Below are positions 48,079-57,469 of a DNA stretch of 64,000 nt, piece by piece (within the stretch, counting starts at the first letter, position 1; each line of letters begins with the position of its first letter). The notes beneath the pieces are model-generated. The model saw nothing but the letters and a program-made list of their open reading frames with translations, was not told the origin of the DNA and searched no databases. Source of the stretch: a virus (Duplodnaviria; Heunggongvirae; Uroviricota; Caudoviricetes); the IMG/VR virus record IMGVR_UViG_3300029828_000006, positions 1-64,000 of that record; one strand, given 5' to 3'. A program made the position numbers and the translations under genes.

Positions 48079-51000
48079 TTAATCCTCAAGCAGAGCATCC
48101 AGCGACGGGTCATTAATAGTTGTGCTAGCACGTGGTCGCGGTTGCGGCTGCGATGTTTTGACAACCTTATCCGGATCGCCTTTTGTATTGTTCTTGTTCA
48201 CATTCAGAAGATCGTTCAGGATAGAGCAGATGTTATCCAGCGCCTTCAACATAGCAGGATCGTTATTTATAGTGTCAGTAGTTAATGGTTGTCTTATTCC
48301 GCTTCGTGCGAGGTCTGTTACAGTAGGAAGCTGTGGTGGCAAAGCAAGAAAAGGTTCTTGCACGGCTGACGCAGAGCCAAATATGGCATTATTGGCTTCG
48401 TTTGATATACCTCTAATGCTATCTGCGGTTTGTTGAATACCATTATTCAGCCAACTACCGGCGCTCCTGGTAAGCGGGCTAATAGCCCTGGCAATTGTTG
48501 AGTTCTGCCCAGTAGCCTGATAAACCAAATCATTAACAATGCCAGTGCCATCTACCCCACCAATAAGTTGTGAAACGTTATCGCCAATTGCAGGTAACAC
48601 AGCAGAGCTAATACGTTTCAGACCTGTTAATGACGAGTCAAACAAAGAGCCAAGCACCCCCTTATCTTCACCATCAATTACCTTGTATCCATTGTCATAA
48701 ACTGGAATCCCCCTTGAGTTTACAGAGATTTTTTCACTCTCTCTTGCCGAAGAAACACCGGAGAGAAGATCCACTGAAGGCATATCGCGTTCAGCTTTTG
48801 GTCTTTTTTGTAAAGCGTCTCTTATATCAGTTACCTGGCTTGCTTTTTGAAATCCAAAAGATTTACCGGTTAAGCTGGATATCTTTTCAGTAAGAGCCTG
48901 ATCCATTCCTTTCGCTTTTTCGGAAAGCGAAGATATAGAACCAAACGAAGTCGCCGACGCAAAATCCTTAATCAGGCCAAGGCTTGTACCAGCAATGCTG
49001 GTAGCCGCACCTCCAAATAAATTACCTACCCCGCTGTCATTTATAGCGATTAATCTCTCAAGCAGACTTGATGGCGAGCCAGTATTAACATCAACATTCT
49101 CTGGATTAATCGGTTGCGATTGATTGCCTGTTTTTTGTGGCTTTTTGACTGTCTGAGCATGTTGTGCAACCTCAATTGGCTGTTGTGTTGCTGTCGGAAC
49201 GGCATTCAAAACTGGTTGAGCTGGAGATTTTCCATTAGCATATTTTACCTTGCGACCAACACTATATTGCGAATCGCGGGCAATTAGCTGACCACCATTT
49301 TCTTTCTGAATTTTATTAATCCGCGCCAATGTTTCGTCAGAGAATTGTCCCTCCCATCGACCAGTATTTGTGTTAAATGCCCCAAGAGCATTCTTTATGA
49401 ACTCATTGTTAACCGCCGGGTTTCCACCTTCTTTCGTCGCTATTGCACGAACTAATTGCGTCATAACCTCTGGGTTGCTGACGTCTATTTTTTCATTAGG
49501 CGAGACGCCAAGATATTTGCTGACGTTATCAATATATTGATTAGTATTGTTCTCCTTTGGGGGTGCCCATTTGGAAATAATACTGGATACCGTCTGTAGC
49601 TTCTGATACCCAGCAGCGGCGCTGGTGCCGTTGTAATAGCTTGACACCTGGTTTGCCAGCGCCCTGATCCCTTCTTCAGGCGTGTTAAATCGCGCAAAAC
49701 GTTGTTCACCTTTTGCATTTGGTGCTTCCAGCGTCGCCCCTTCCTGATTAGCGAAAACAAGGTTGCCGAGATTATTATTCCGGTAATTGCGGTTTTTAGC
49801 GTTGCTGCCACCAATATTCAGATCCGCTGCAATGGTGTTGCTGGTAGGGGCATTAAATTCAGCCGGGGAAGTATACCCGTGCTCACCAACACCATCTTCA
49901 CCATCACGCCCGCCTTGTAGCTGCTCACCTAAAGAATGAATCGCATCGACAGTTTTTTTGGTGCCGTCTTCAACAGCTTTTTTTACTTGTTTTGTGTTTT
50001 CGTCAGTGGATAAAAATGTATCCTTAAGGCTACCAAAAACAGATTTGGTGATATCTACCGCGCCGTTAACACCACGAGCAATATCTCCGGTATCAAAATT
50101 CTGAAGTTTTTCACCTGCTCTTTCAAATCCTAGCGCAGAAATTCCTTTCCCTATCAAGTTTGTTGCGCCCGACACCAAGCCCCCCATATCGAGCACATTA
50201 GCTGTTGCGTAAGCCGTTTTTTGCTGTTCGGATACAGCATCATCGTCACTTAAACCAAAGGCTGCCTTTTGCGCCTCTGTATCTGTGTAACCATCTATGG
50301 CGTCATATCCAGCCATTGCCAGCGAACCGATGATAGGGACCGCTCTCGCCGCTGTGGATGCTGCTGATTTAACTCCTATTTTTGCAGCACTTTTGAGGGC
50401 TACAGATTCAGTTTTTTTCTTTGCAATGGCTTCGCCGGTTTTAATGGTGGCATCTTCAGCCACAACACCAGCTGACTTCACGGCCTTAGCAGTATTTTTT
50501 GTTTCCTTTGCAATCCCCTTTGATGTATCGCTGATAGTGCTTACATCTTTGGGTTTACTGATCTTATTTTTAACTACTTTTGCTGCTCCGACACCAGTGC
50601 CAGCTGCAGCACTACCGGCAGCAACTTTTTCGCCAACGGAGAGTGCTTTTTTCCCAAGATTGCGACCTTTCCTTTTCGATTTATTCCGTTTATTTTTTCC
50701 CGTTTGATCACCAATATTGATTTTATTTCTTCTGCTTGCTCGATTTTTCCAGAGATCACTTAAGCCGAACTTATTTCCAGAAGACACTGATTTCCGAAGC
50801 TTAACTATCTCGTCAGAAACATTTTCCAGACCATCAATTATTTTGTTGTCATTGGTCTGAAGGATTTTGGTTTGCTCTTCTACTGCTTGTGCGGATTTTG
50901 TCTCAACAGCGTTATTAAACGCTTTTGCAGATGTTGCTTTTTGAGAATTCACCGCCGCCGGATAAGTAATTACTGGTGATATTGCTTTCGAGGTTGATGT

Positions 51001-51861
51001 TTCTTTTTTCCCCTTTTCTACCCATTCTTTAAGAGATTCTGCTTTACCTGTGATCTCTTTAGTTATGTCGTACATGCCACGAGCCGCCATCCATAACGGC
51101 CCACCAGCACCGACACCAGCTGCATTTGTTAAAGACTCTTCACTGGAAGACTGATTGCCATCTACCCCCATAATGGAACCTAGCTTTCTGAGAAAGCCAG
51201 CTTGTAATTTTGCGTCGGCTTTACGTGCGTTCTGCAATTCTTTTTTTCTGGCTACATCCTCATTGCTTTTTTGGGATACAAAACGTCCATTACTATCCCG
51301 CAGCGGGCCTTTTAGACTTTGGGGGGATTGTGGTTCAAGAGGGGCTGAATTAGCAGCTACCGGTATAAAACCGTCCGATTTTCGGATGGTCTGACGTGAT
51401 TGCACGGAGCGAACACTTTCTGGTGTGTTCGTTGCAACGATAGAGCGGTCCACGGTTTGGTTTATCGGTGCCCTTTCCTTTTTAGCAGGGAGACGTTTTT
51501 TATATGGGTTAGTTTGGACATCTCTAACGCTATCAGATGTACTTTGCTCGTAGTCTTTACGCCTGCGTGATAGTCTGTTGCTAACTCTGCCTTGCCTTTC
51601 GTCCTGTTGAGTTATGGTGCTTGCCCCAGAAAGAATGGCGTCTTTTACCTCAGCAAGAGCTTTAAGTTCGTTTGTGCTCGCCTCCTGAATAGCGTCAATT
51701 ATTGCGATACGGTCTTTATTCTCTTTCAAAATAACCTCTCTTTTACCAGCGCGATCAACGTTTCCCAGCTTGAGCTTTGTATTTTTCTTCCAGGGCTTTT
51801 GACATATGGAGTGCTCGCCATTGCGGTAATTGTTCAACGTCGCTAACGGGCTGATATCCAT
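48079..51861 (-). CDS. sit: Sit-like tape-measure / injection protein (1260 aa)
   Basis: Very long low-complexity Ala/Gly/Ser/Lys-rich repetitive protein upstream of baseplate genes. Confidence 0.5.
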   Translation of the reverse strand: MDISPLATLNNYRNGEHSICQKPWKKNTKLKLGNVDRAGKREVILKENKDRIAIIDAIQEASTNELKALAEVKDAILSGASTITQQDERQGRVSNRLSRRRKDYEQSTSDSVRDVQTNPYKKRLPAKKERAPINQTVDRSIVATNTPESVRSVQSRQTIRKSDGFIPVAANSAPLEPQSPQSLKGPLRDSNGRFVSQKSNEDVARKKELQNARKADAKLQAGFLRKLGSIMGVDGNQSSSEESLTNAAGVGAGGPLWMAARGMYDITKEITGKAESLKEWVEKGKKETSTSKAISPVITYPAAVNSQKATSAKAFNNAVETKSAQAVEEQTKILQTNDNKIIDGLENVSDEIVKLRKSVSSGNKFGLSDLWKNRASRRNKINIGDQTGKNKRNKSKRKGRNLGKKALSVGEKVAAGSAAAGTGVGAAKVVKNKISKPKDVSTISDTSKGIAKETKNTAKAVKSAGVVAEDATIKTGEAIAKKKTESVALKSAAKIGVKSAASTAARAVPIIGSLAMAGYDAIDGYTDTEAQKAAFGLSDDDAVSEQQKTAYATANVLDMGGLVSGATNLIGKGISALGFERAGEKLQNFDTGDIARGVNGAVDITKSVFGSLKDTFLSTDENTKQVKKAVEDGTKKTVDAIHSLGEQLQGGRDGEDGVGEHGYTSPAEFNAPTSNTIAADLNIGGSNAKNRNYRNNNLGNLVFANQEGATLEAPNAKGEQRFARFNTPEEGIRALANQVSSYYNGTSAAAGYQKLQTVSSIISKWAPPKENNTNQYIDNVSKYLGVSPNEKIDVSNPEVMTQLVRAIATKEGGNPAVNNEFIKNALGAFNTNTGRWEGQFSDETLARINKIQKENGGQLIARDSQYSVGRKVKYANGKSPAQPVLNAVPTATQQPIEVAQHAQTVKKPQKTGNQSQPINPENVDVNTGSPSSLLERLIAINDSGVGNLFGGAATSIAGTSLGLIKDFASATSFGSISSLSEKAKGMDQALTEKISSLTGKSFGFQKASQVTDIRDALQKRPKAERDMPSVDLLSGVSSARESEKISVNSRGIPVYDNGYKVIDGEDKGVLGSLFDSSLTGLKRISSAVLPAIGDNVSQLIGGVDGTGIVNDLVYQATGQNSTIARAISPLTRSAGSWLNNGIQQTADSIRGISNEANNAIFGSASAVQEPFLALPPQLPTVTDLARSGIRQPLTTDTINNDPAMLKALDNICSILNDLLNVNKNNTKGDPDKVVKTSQPQPRPRASTTINDPSLDALLED

Positions 51862-51875
51862 ATAGAGTCAGGTTG

Positions 51876-52697
51876 TTAATAATGGTTAGCCATCCATTCA
51901 GATCTAATTGATGGGATAAACTCTCTATTGAGAAAGGGGACGTACAGTGTGGTTGTCACATCTGCACCCTCCTTAGCGTTTTTGCAATGTTGCGGAGGCA
52001 GGATCAGTCGGCTTGTGCCTCTCTCAATAGACATTTTCAGGCCGTGGCGTAGGTCTTTTTGCATAAGCTGTATGCGAGCCACAAGCGGTGTAAACTCGGT
52101 TTCAAGCGCCATGCTTTCAATAATGTCAAAGCGTCGGTTAGCGGCCTGCGTGAAGTCCTCCGGATCGTCTTCAAGCGCCGTGCATAAAGCGAGTTCAGCA
52201 ATCCGCATCCGTGCCACGCCAGCACTGTATTCGGGGCTTTTCATATCAGGAAGTGACGCTCGCATTCGTTCAAGGAGTTCCGCGCCTTTCCCGGTTAATG
52301 GTTTAAGTATCCAGTCAGTTGGTACTCCATTTACTGGTACGTTGGTTTTCACGTAAGGAGGTACAGTGAGTATTTCTACTGTTTGGGCCAGGTCGCTCAG
52401 GTTAATATCTGCATGATGCGTATTACCGCAGTGACTGCACTCATAGGAGTAGGTCATTACTGCATCGGGGCGCGAATTAATAAATATCCACCAAAGAGCA
52501 GTTCTGCGATCCTGAACTGTCCAGTTAGCACTGTCGTTAATTTCACCATCCTGCATAGAGTTAAGGTACTCTGTAGTAGTTGCCTCATCTTCTGCCGGGT
52601 TCAGGTCAGAATATTTCAGCGCATCCTTCACGGTAGGGGCGTGGAACTGAATTTCTGTCTCAGGACGGGAAGGCAATGGGAATTTTGGAATGTTCAA
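51876..52697 (-). CDS. hypothetical structural protein (273 aa)
   Basis: Immediately upstream of sit; contains CxxC...HCxNxH cluster. Confidence 0.35.
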   Translation of the reverse strand: MNIPKFPLPSRPETEIQFHAPTVKDALKYSDLNPAEDEATTTEYLNSMQDGEINDSANWTVQDRRTALWWIFINSRPDAVMTYSYECSHCGNTHHADINLSDLAQTVEILTVPPYVKTNVPVNGVPTDWILKPLTGKGAELLERMRASLPDMKSPEYSAGVARMRIAELALCTALEDDPEDFTQAANRRFDIIESMALETEFTPLVARIQLMQKDLRHGLKMSIERGTSRLILPPQHCKNAKEGADVTTTLYVPFLNREFIPSIRSEWMANHY

Positions 52698-52839
52698 TTA
52701 TTCCTCCGAAAAGCAGGTATCTGTTCATTTTCCAGAGGATAGGGAGTGTGTGATTTGCGATGGGGATTGAATGAAGATCTTTGCTGGTCGAGAAGCGATT
52801 ATTGAGGGTGATTTTTACACCTTAAGTGACGCTACTCAC

Positions 52840-52848
52840 ATATCCACA
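52840..52848. promoter_or_regulatory. DnaA box-like ATATCCACA
   Basis: 8/9 match to TTATCCACA, next to iterons and GATC sites. Confidence 0.35.
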
Positions 52849-52943
52849 GAGTATTTTTATAAACCTTTTTCCATTTTTAATCCTTTTTAGATCCTTTTTA
52901 GGCGTCGCTGGAGCCAGTAGTGGCGCGGGCTGTAGAGGAGGCT

Positions 52944-53061
52944 GGTGTAAGATTTGCCCTCAATTAAATACGATCGGTGTAAGATTTGCCCTCAAAAGGT
53001 GTAAGATTTGCCCTCAAAAGGTGTAGTAATTGCCCTCAAAGTGATGTAAAAATTGCCCTCA
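52944..53061 (+). repeat. five direct iterons GGTGTAAGATTTGCCCTCAA (incC-like)
   Basis: Copies at 52944, 52976, 52998, 53020, 53040 with 21-22 bp phasing; inverted copy at 52801. Confidence 0.8.
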
Positions 53062-53085
53062 CCATTTGAAGGATCACACAGGGTT

Positions 53086-53841
53086 ATGAACAGAGCGGAA
53101 TTAACAGCAAAAGCCGTCAGCCTGATTGAGTCAGCGACACCTATTAGTCGTAGTTTGGCACAAGCCAATGAGATCACGGAGGCTGCTTATCACCTGACTC
53201 GCGACCAAAAGCGACTGTTGTTTATTGTGGTGGGAAGACTTCGCTATGCTTCTAAGGATGGCGTTCTTGGTTCAGGTGCCTGTGAGTTGACGGTCAACGA
53301 ATATGCAGAGATGTATAATTTGCCCTCTGCTGAAGCCAGCAAGGATATTCGTAAGGCCATTTCAGGGCTTAGCGAGAAGAAAGTTACGATATATAACCCT
53401 GATGAATCGACCGAATCAGAAGACAGTTATGAGTCTTATCCTTGGATGATTAAGGATGCCTATTCACCACGGCGCGGGACTTACATTATTCATCTTAATC
53501 CATATCTCATGCCGTTTTTTACTCTGCTTGATAAGAGATTCACAAGGCTGAATTTTACCGAAGTATCTCGCCTTACAAATCCTTATTCTATGCGGCTTTA
53601 TGAGTCCTTATGCCAGTACAGGAAGGATGATGGAAGCGGCTTTGCCATACTTGGCGTCGAATGGATGCGGGAGCGTTATGGGTTACCAAAAAGCTATCAG
53701 CGGTATGCCGAATTTAAGAGAAGTTTTTTAACGAAGGCTGTAGCAGAGATTGAAAAAAATACAAAAATGAAAATAGTCTTCTCAGAGGTGACGGAAGGCG
53801 GCAAAGTTACCAGGATAAAATTTACCTATCAGCAGTCTTAA
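53086..53841 (+). CDS. repA: RepA-like iteron-binding replication initiator
   Basis: 251 aa from first ATG with AAGGA RBS; flanked by iterons on both sides. Confidence 0.65.
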   Translation: MNRAELTAKAVSLIESATPISRSLAQANEITEAAYHLTRDQKRLLFIVVGRLRYASKDGVLGSGACELTVNEYAEMYNLPSAEASKDIRKAISGLSEKKVTIYNPDESTESEDSYESYPWMIKDAYSPRRGTYIIHLNPYLMPFFTLLDKRFTRLNFTEVSRLTNPYSMRLYESLCQYRKDDGSGFAILGVEWMRERYGLPKSYQRYAEFKRSFLTKAVAEIEKNTKMKIVFSEVTEGGKVTRIKFTYQQS

Positions 53842-54170
53842 GGGCAATTTTTACACCCCTCTCAAGGTGTAGAATTTGCCCTTAACGATCGGCAATTGAG
53901 GGCAATTTTTACATCTTAATTGCATGTATCTTGTTATTAGCAAGTTGTGTTTTTATATAACGTATTGATATGTAAGGACTATGTAAAAATCGCCCTCAAC
54001 CAATATCGTGCGTATCGTGCATTCTTATTGCGCTTTTTTATTATCATTCACTGTGTTAACTGATTGATATTATTGAAATGTGTAAAGAATGCCTTCATTA
54101 CAGATGAATTGATGATGTAAAAAATGCCCTCAAAATTGCGCTACCTTCCCTACCCGCTATCGTTGAGGGC
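53841..54170. repeat. downstream iteron cluster (incA-like, both orientations)
   Basis: At least six copies of (G)ATGTAAAAATNGCCCTCAA or its complement. Confidence 0.7.
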
Positions 54171-54222
54171 GTGGGTGCTGACGGGAAATGAGCAACCCTC
54201 CAGCACACATAATTAAAGCTAT

Positions 54223-54930
54223 TCAGAATTTGATCACTCCACTCACAGCCCCCTTTAACGCACTTGTAGCCATGCCAGCGGCACCGTTGACCAAAGCAGA
54301 AACACCTGAGCCTGCGGATGTGTATTTCTGGAAAGTGATTGGGTATGACAAGAACTCTGACACCTGATCACGTGAGCGTGTGATTTCCCCAAGTTGCGTA
54401 GGAAATACGCGCATTTCTTCTTCCAGTTCTTTTCCGCCGTCCTGAGTCACCCGGTAGACACGGATTTTCATCAGATATTCAGGAGGAAGGTTTATTGTTC
54501 CATCAGGATTTGTTACACGAGAACGACGCTCTTTGAACCAGTCCATGATCTTGCCATCTTCGGTATCCCTCACGGTCATAGTGACCGGTCCGGCGCTAAC
54601 ATAGGTTGGCTTGCTGAATTCTACGCTGCCGATCACCTTGCTTTCTGTCTCAATGTTTCCACTGCTGTAGGTGATATCCTTCACGAACATATCGAAGCCG
54701 TTCAGGCCATCCACTTCAACGGTCCACTGCCACCCCTGGGCGTAACGGATACGCATAGCGGCAGCAACAATATTTTTCCCGTAGGCAATATCGCTACTGT
54801 AATTCCCGCTTACCCCGCCGCCTGATATGGCTTTATCAAGAATGTCGCTAATGAGGTTGCTGGTGAATGATTTCGTGTTAAATGACAATGCGGTGGTCAA
54901 CATTCTACCAACGCTGCTGAAAATACTCAC
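54223..54930 (-). CDS. hypothetical tail-module protein (235 aa)
   Basis: Last gene of the sheath operon. Confidence 0.35.
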   Translation of the reverse strand: MSIFSSVGRMLTTALSFNTKSFTSNLISDILDKAISGGGVSGNYSSDIAYGKNIVAAAMRIRYAQGWQWTVEVDGLNGFDMFVKDITYSSGNIETESKVIGSVEFSKPTYVSAGPVTMTVRDTEDGKIMDWFKERRSRVTNPDGTINLPPEYLMKIRVYRVTQDGGKELEEEMRVFPTQLGEITRSRDQVSEFLSYPITFQKYTSAGSGVSALVNGAAGMATSALKGAVSGVIKF

Positions 54931-54945
54931 TCTGCGCCTCCAGCG

Positions 54946-55497
54946 TTAAAAAATGGTAGCCCCCGGAATAATGGCCCGGTTTGAGGACATTTTTTCCTCA
55001 ATCTCCTGCACGCGGGCATATAGCGTGGCTTCATCGGGCAGATCGGAGTAGTCAAATTTCCCGTCGATGGACGCTCTACGCTGCCGGGCGACATTTCTTA
55101 CATTGATAAGCGCCTCCAGATATTCCTCCAGCATTCCAATGATTGCAGGAGGCACTTGCCATTCATCCAGCTCTCTGTCGCGTAGATTAACCAGATACAG
55201 CATTCGAAAAGGCCAGCGTTCTGAACCTGTTAGTTCTAATTCAATAAATCCGGATAATTCATCCGAATAGACCAACAAGCCGTTGTTGTCGGTAACATGA
55301 ACCAGAGAGAGATAATCTTCTGGCAACGGGATTGCAGTACCACCAGCTTTTTCAAGTTTTAACGTTTTCACTACCCCTGCCCTGTCCTGATACGTGGTCA
55401 GAGCTTTGATCAGGAATGCTTTCAACGTTTCTTCTTCACGCACAAGCAGCGGATTAAATCGCTCTTTAACGCTTTCTAATAATTCAATTGGTGTCAT
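54946..55497 (-). CDS. hypothetical tail-module protein (183 aa)
   Basis: Position only. Confidence 0.35.
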   Translation of the reverse strand: MTPIELLESVKERFNPLLVREEETLKAFLIKALTTYQDRAGVVKTLKLEKAGGTAIPLPEDYLSLVHVTDNNGLLVYSDELSGFIELELTGSERWPFRMLYLVNLRDRELDEWQVPPAIIGMLEEYLEALINVRNVARQRRASIDGKFDYSDLPDEATLYARVQEIEEKMSSNRAIIPGATIF

Positions 55498-55551
55498 TGT
55501 TGCCTACAACTCAATAACAAGGATGTTCCCGCCACAAGGGCGGGATAGGGA

Positions 55552-56043
55552 TTATTCCGCCCAGTTGTAAACAATGCGCAGGGAAGGTTTAACGACCGCC
55601 GTTACGTCTTCGGATGAGAAGTCCACGGCGTCGGAATACACTTTGCAATGAGAATATGTGCGGATCAGACCTTTATGGTTACCGCTATTCGATTCAGCCG
55701 CCGCCTGTAAGGTAATTTCCAGATATTCTTTTCCGTATACCATCTGTTTTACAGCGGCGAGAACTGCGCCTTCGATAGTTTCCGCGCATGTGACCTGAAA
55801 TTCACCAGAGTTGCGTAATGGTCCGTGCTGGTTGAATTTCATGCCACCAGGGGCGTAATCCTCCACATCTTCACGTGTCATTTCTGGTAACTGAGCTGTA
55901 CGAACTAGTACAGACAGATGTTCGTAACCCTTAATGGTCATCCAATATTCAGAACCAATAAGTTTTTCGCCTGCAGCCAGGTTTTTATTAAACCGGGATT
56001 TTAGAAAGGCCATATCGGCTTTTGTATTTGCAAAACCGGACAT
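55552..56043 (-). CDS. putative tail tube or tail structural protein (163 aa)
   Basis: Size and position downstream of sheath. Confidence 0.3.
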   Translation of the reverse strand: MSGFANTKADMAFLKSRFNKNLAAGEKLIGSEYWMTIKGYEHLSVLVRTAQLPEMTREDVEDYAPGGMKFNQHGPLRNSGEFQVTCAETIEGAVLAAVKQMVYGKEYLEITLQAAAESNSGNHKGLIRTYSHCKVYSDAVDFSSEDVTAVVKPSLRIVYNWAE

Positions 56044-56051
56044 AAATACTC

Positions 56052-56642
56052 CTACACAAAAACAGATGAGATATTGCTACGGTTGATCGATGTGTTACCG
56101 CTGCATTGCAGGGTTACCGTGTTATGAGTGAAATAGCCTTCCGGTGTGCGCGGGGCGTCCAGTTGGTAACTCACGCTTTTGATAACAACGTCGGTAAGGG
56201 CTATGTTCCTACCTATGTTTAACGTTACTGTCTCCGGGCGACGACCGAATGGCGCTACATTGTTCAGTTCCGGCGATTCCATCTTCAGCAATGCTGTAAT
56301 GGCTGCGTTCACTTCAAGTTGCGCGTTCGTTGTCGCCATGAAATCAATTACCAGATTAAATTCAGGCGGTTGCTGACCTTCCCAAACAAGCATTGAGTTG
56401 AAGAGGGTTTTTGTTGTTACGCCGGTTGCGGTCTGAAGCGTATCTGCAAGAGAGCCAGCCGCAGCGCTAATACCGCCAAGCAAACCTCCTACTGACTGGT
56501 TTTCAAATGGTGATTGCCACATTGATGACAGTTCTGCGGTAGATCCTTCACCGATATAACCGACGACCATATCCTCTGAAGAGAGGATATAAACCTTCAT
56601 TAACGGACTTATTCCGTCAGGCATTATCGCGCCGCAAATCAA
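56052..56642 (-). CDS. putative tail structural protein (196 aa)
   Basis: Position only. Confidence 0.3.
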   Translation of the reverse strand: MICGAIMPDGISPLMKVYILSSEDMVVGYIGEGSTAELSSMWQSPFENQSVGGLLGGISAAAGSLADTLQTATGVTTKTLFNSMLVWEGQQPPEFNLVIDFMATTNAQLEVNAAITALLKMESPELNNVAPFGRRPETVTLNIGRNIALTDVVIKSVSYQLDAPRTPEGYFTHNTVTLQCSGNTSINRSNISSVFV

Positions 56643-56691
56643 ACGCTATTTCTCCCAGGTAGAGGCCACCTTTGCAGGCGGCCTATGTCAC

Positions 56692-57432
56692 TTACAAACC
56701 GCGTTTTTTGCGAATGCGCATTGATTTTTTGCGGTTGATATTCGCTACGGATGTATGTGCTTTGCGGCGTGCTTTTTTCAGCGCCTGTTTTTGCAATGAC
56801 GTCATGCGGCGAGGACGCGGGCGTTTACGGATGATGGTAACCTTGCCATCACGAACCACTTTTTTACGTACCGCTTCCAGCATTGCGCTATCACCACCAG
56901 CAACGGTGTAAATGGCAATAGCTGTTTCCATCATGTCGGTGTCGCTTTCGGAAAGAGCGTCATAAACACGTTCGGCAGCTGAGTCATCTTCATCGTCGAT
57001 CATTTCGGTTACATCGTCCTGATCAGCGCCAAGCGCAACAGCTGCATCAGCAAGAGCTGCGAGAGCATCGTTATAAGCATCGATTTGCTCATCGGTGAAA
57101 TCGGTGTCTTCATCGATATCAGCCAGGCCAGCCATAGTGATTGCTAATGCATCAAATGAGTCAGCCTCCGGATCACCATCTTCAACCCAACCAGCAAGCA
57201 TGGAAGCTGCCAGGCTGCGCATATCACCTTGTGCACGGGATTCAACCGCTTCCATCATCGCGGTTTCAATGTCGTCTTTGGGCTTTGGTTGAGTGTCCTT
57301 TCCTTTCTGTCCTGCGCTTTCCAGCATGGCGTTATCATTATTGTCCTGCGTGGATTTATCACCGCTTTCAAAGCAGCCAGAACCGAAAATCGCACGCATA
57401 AAAGGATCAGCAGTATAATTTTTCATATTCAA
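56692..57432 (-). CDS. acidic protein with strongly basic C-terminal tail (246 aa)
   Basis: Asp/Glu-rich body and RKRPRPRR...RKKRGL end. Confidence 0.4.
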   Translation of the reverse strand: MNMKNYTADPFMRAIFGSGCFESGDKSTQDNNDNAMLESAGQKGKDTQPKPKDDIETAMMEAVESRAQGDMRSLAASMLAGWVEDGDPEADSFDALAITMAGLADIDEDTDFTDEQIDAYNDALAALADAAVALGADQDDVTEMIDDEDDSAAERVYDALSESDTDMMETAIAIYTVAGGDSAMLEAVRKKVVRDGKVTIIRKRPRPRRMTSLQKQALKKARRKAHTSVANINRKKSMRIRKKRGL

Positions 57433-57469
57433 ACCTCTCTCCCCCGCATCATTTAGCGGGGGTTATAAA

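Noticed and set aside
52944-53061. Regularly spaced direct repeats resembling a short CRISPR array
   Set aside because: Repeats are 20 bp with 1-12 bp gaps rather than spacers, vary in sequence, and flank a RepA gene; they are replicon iterons.
53053-53085. Upstream TTG start for RepA given by the ORF track
   Set aside because: It lies inside the fifth iteron with no RBS; the in-frame ATG at 53086 has an AAGGA RBS.
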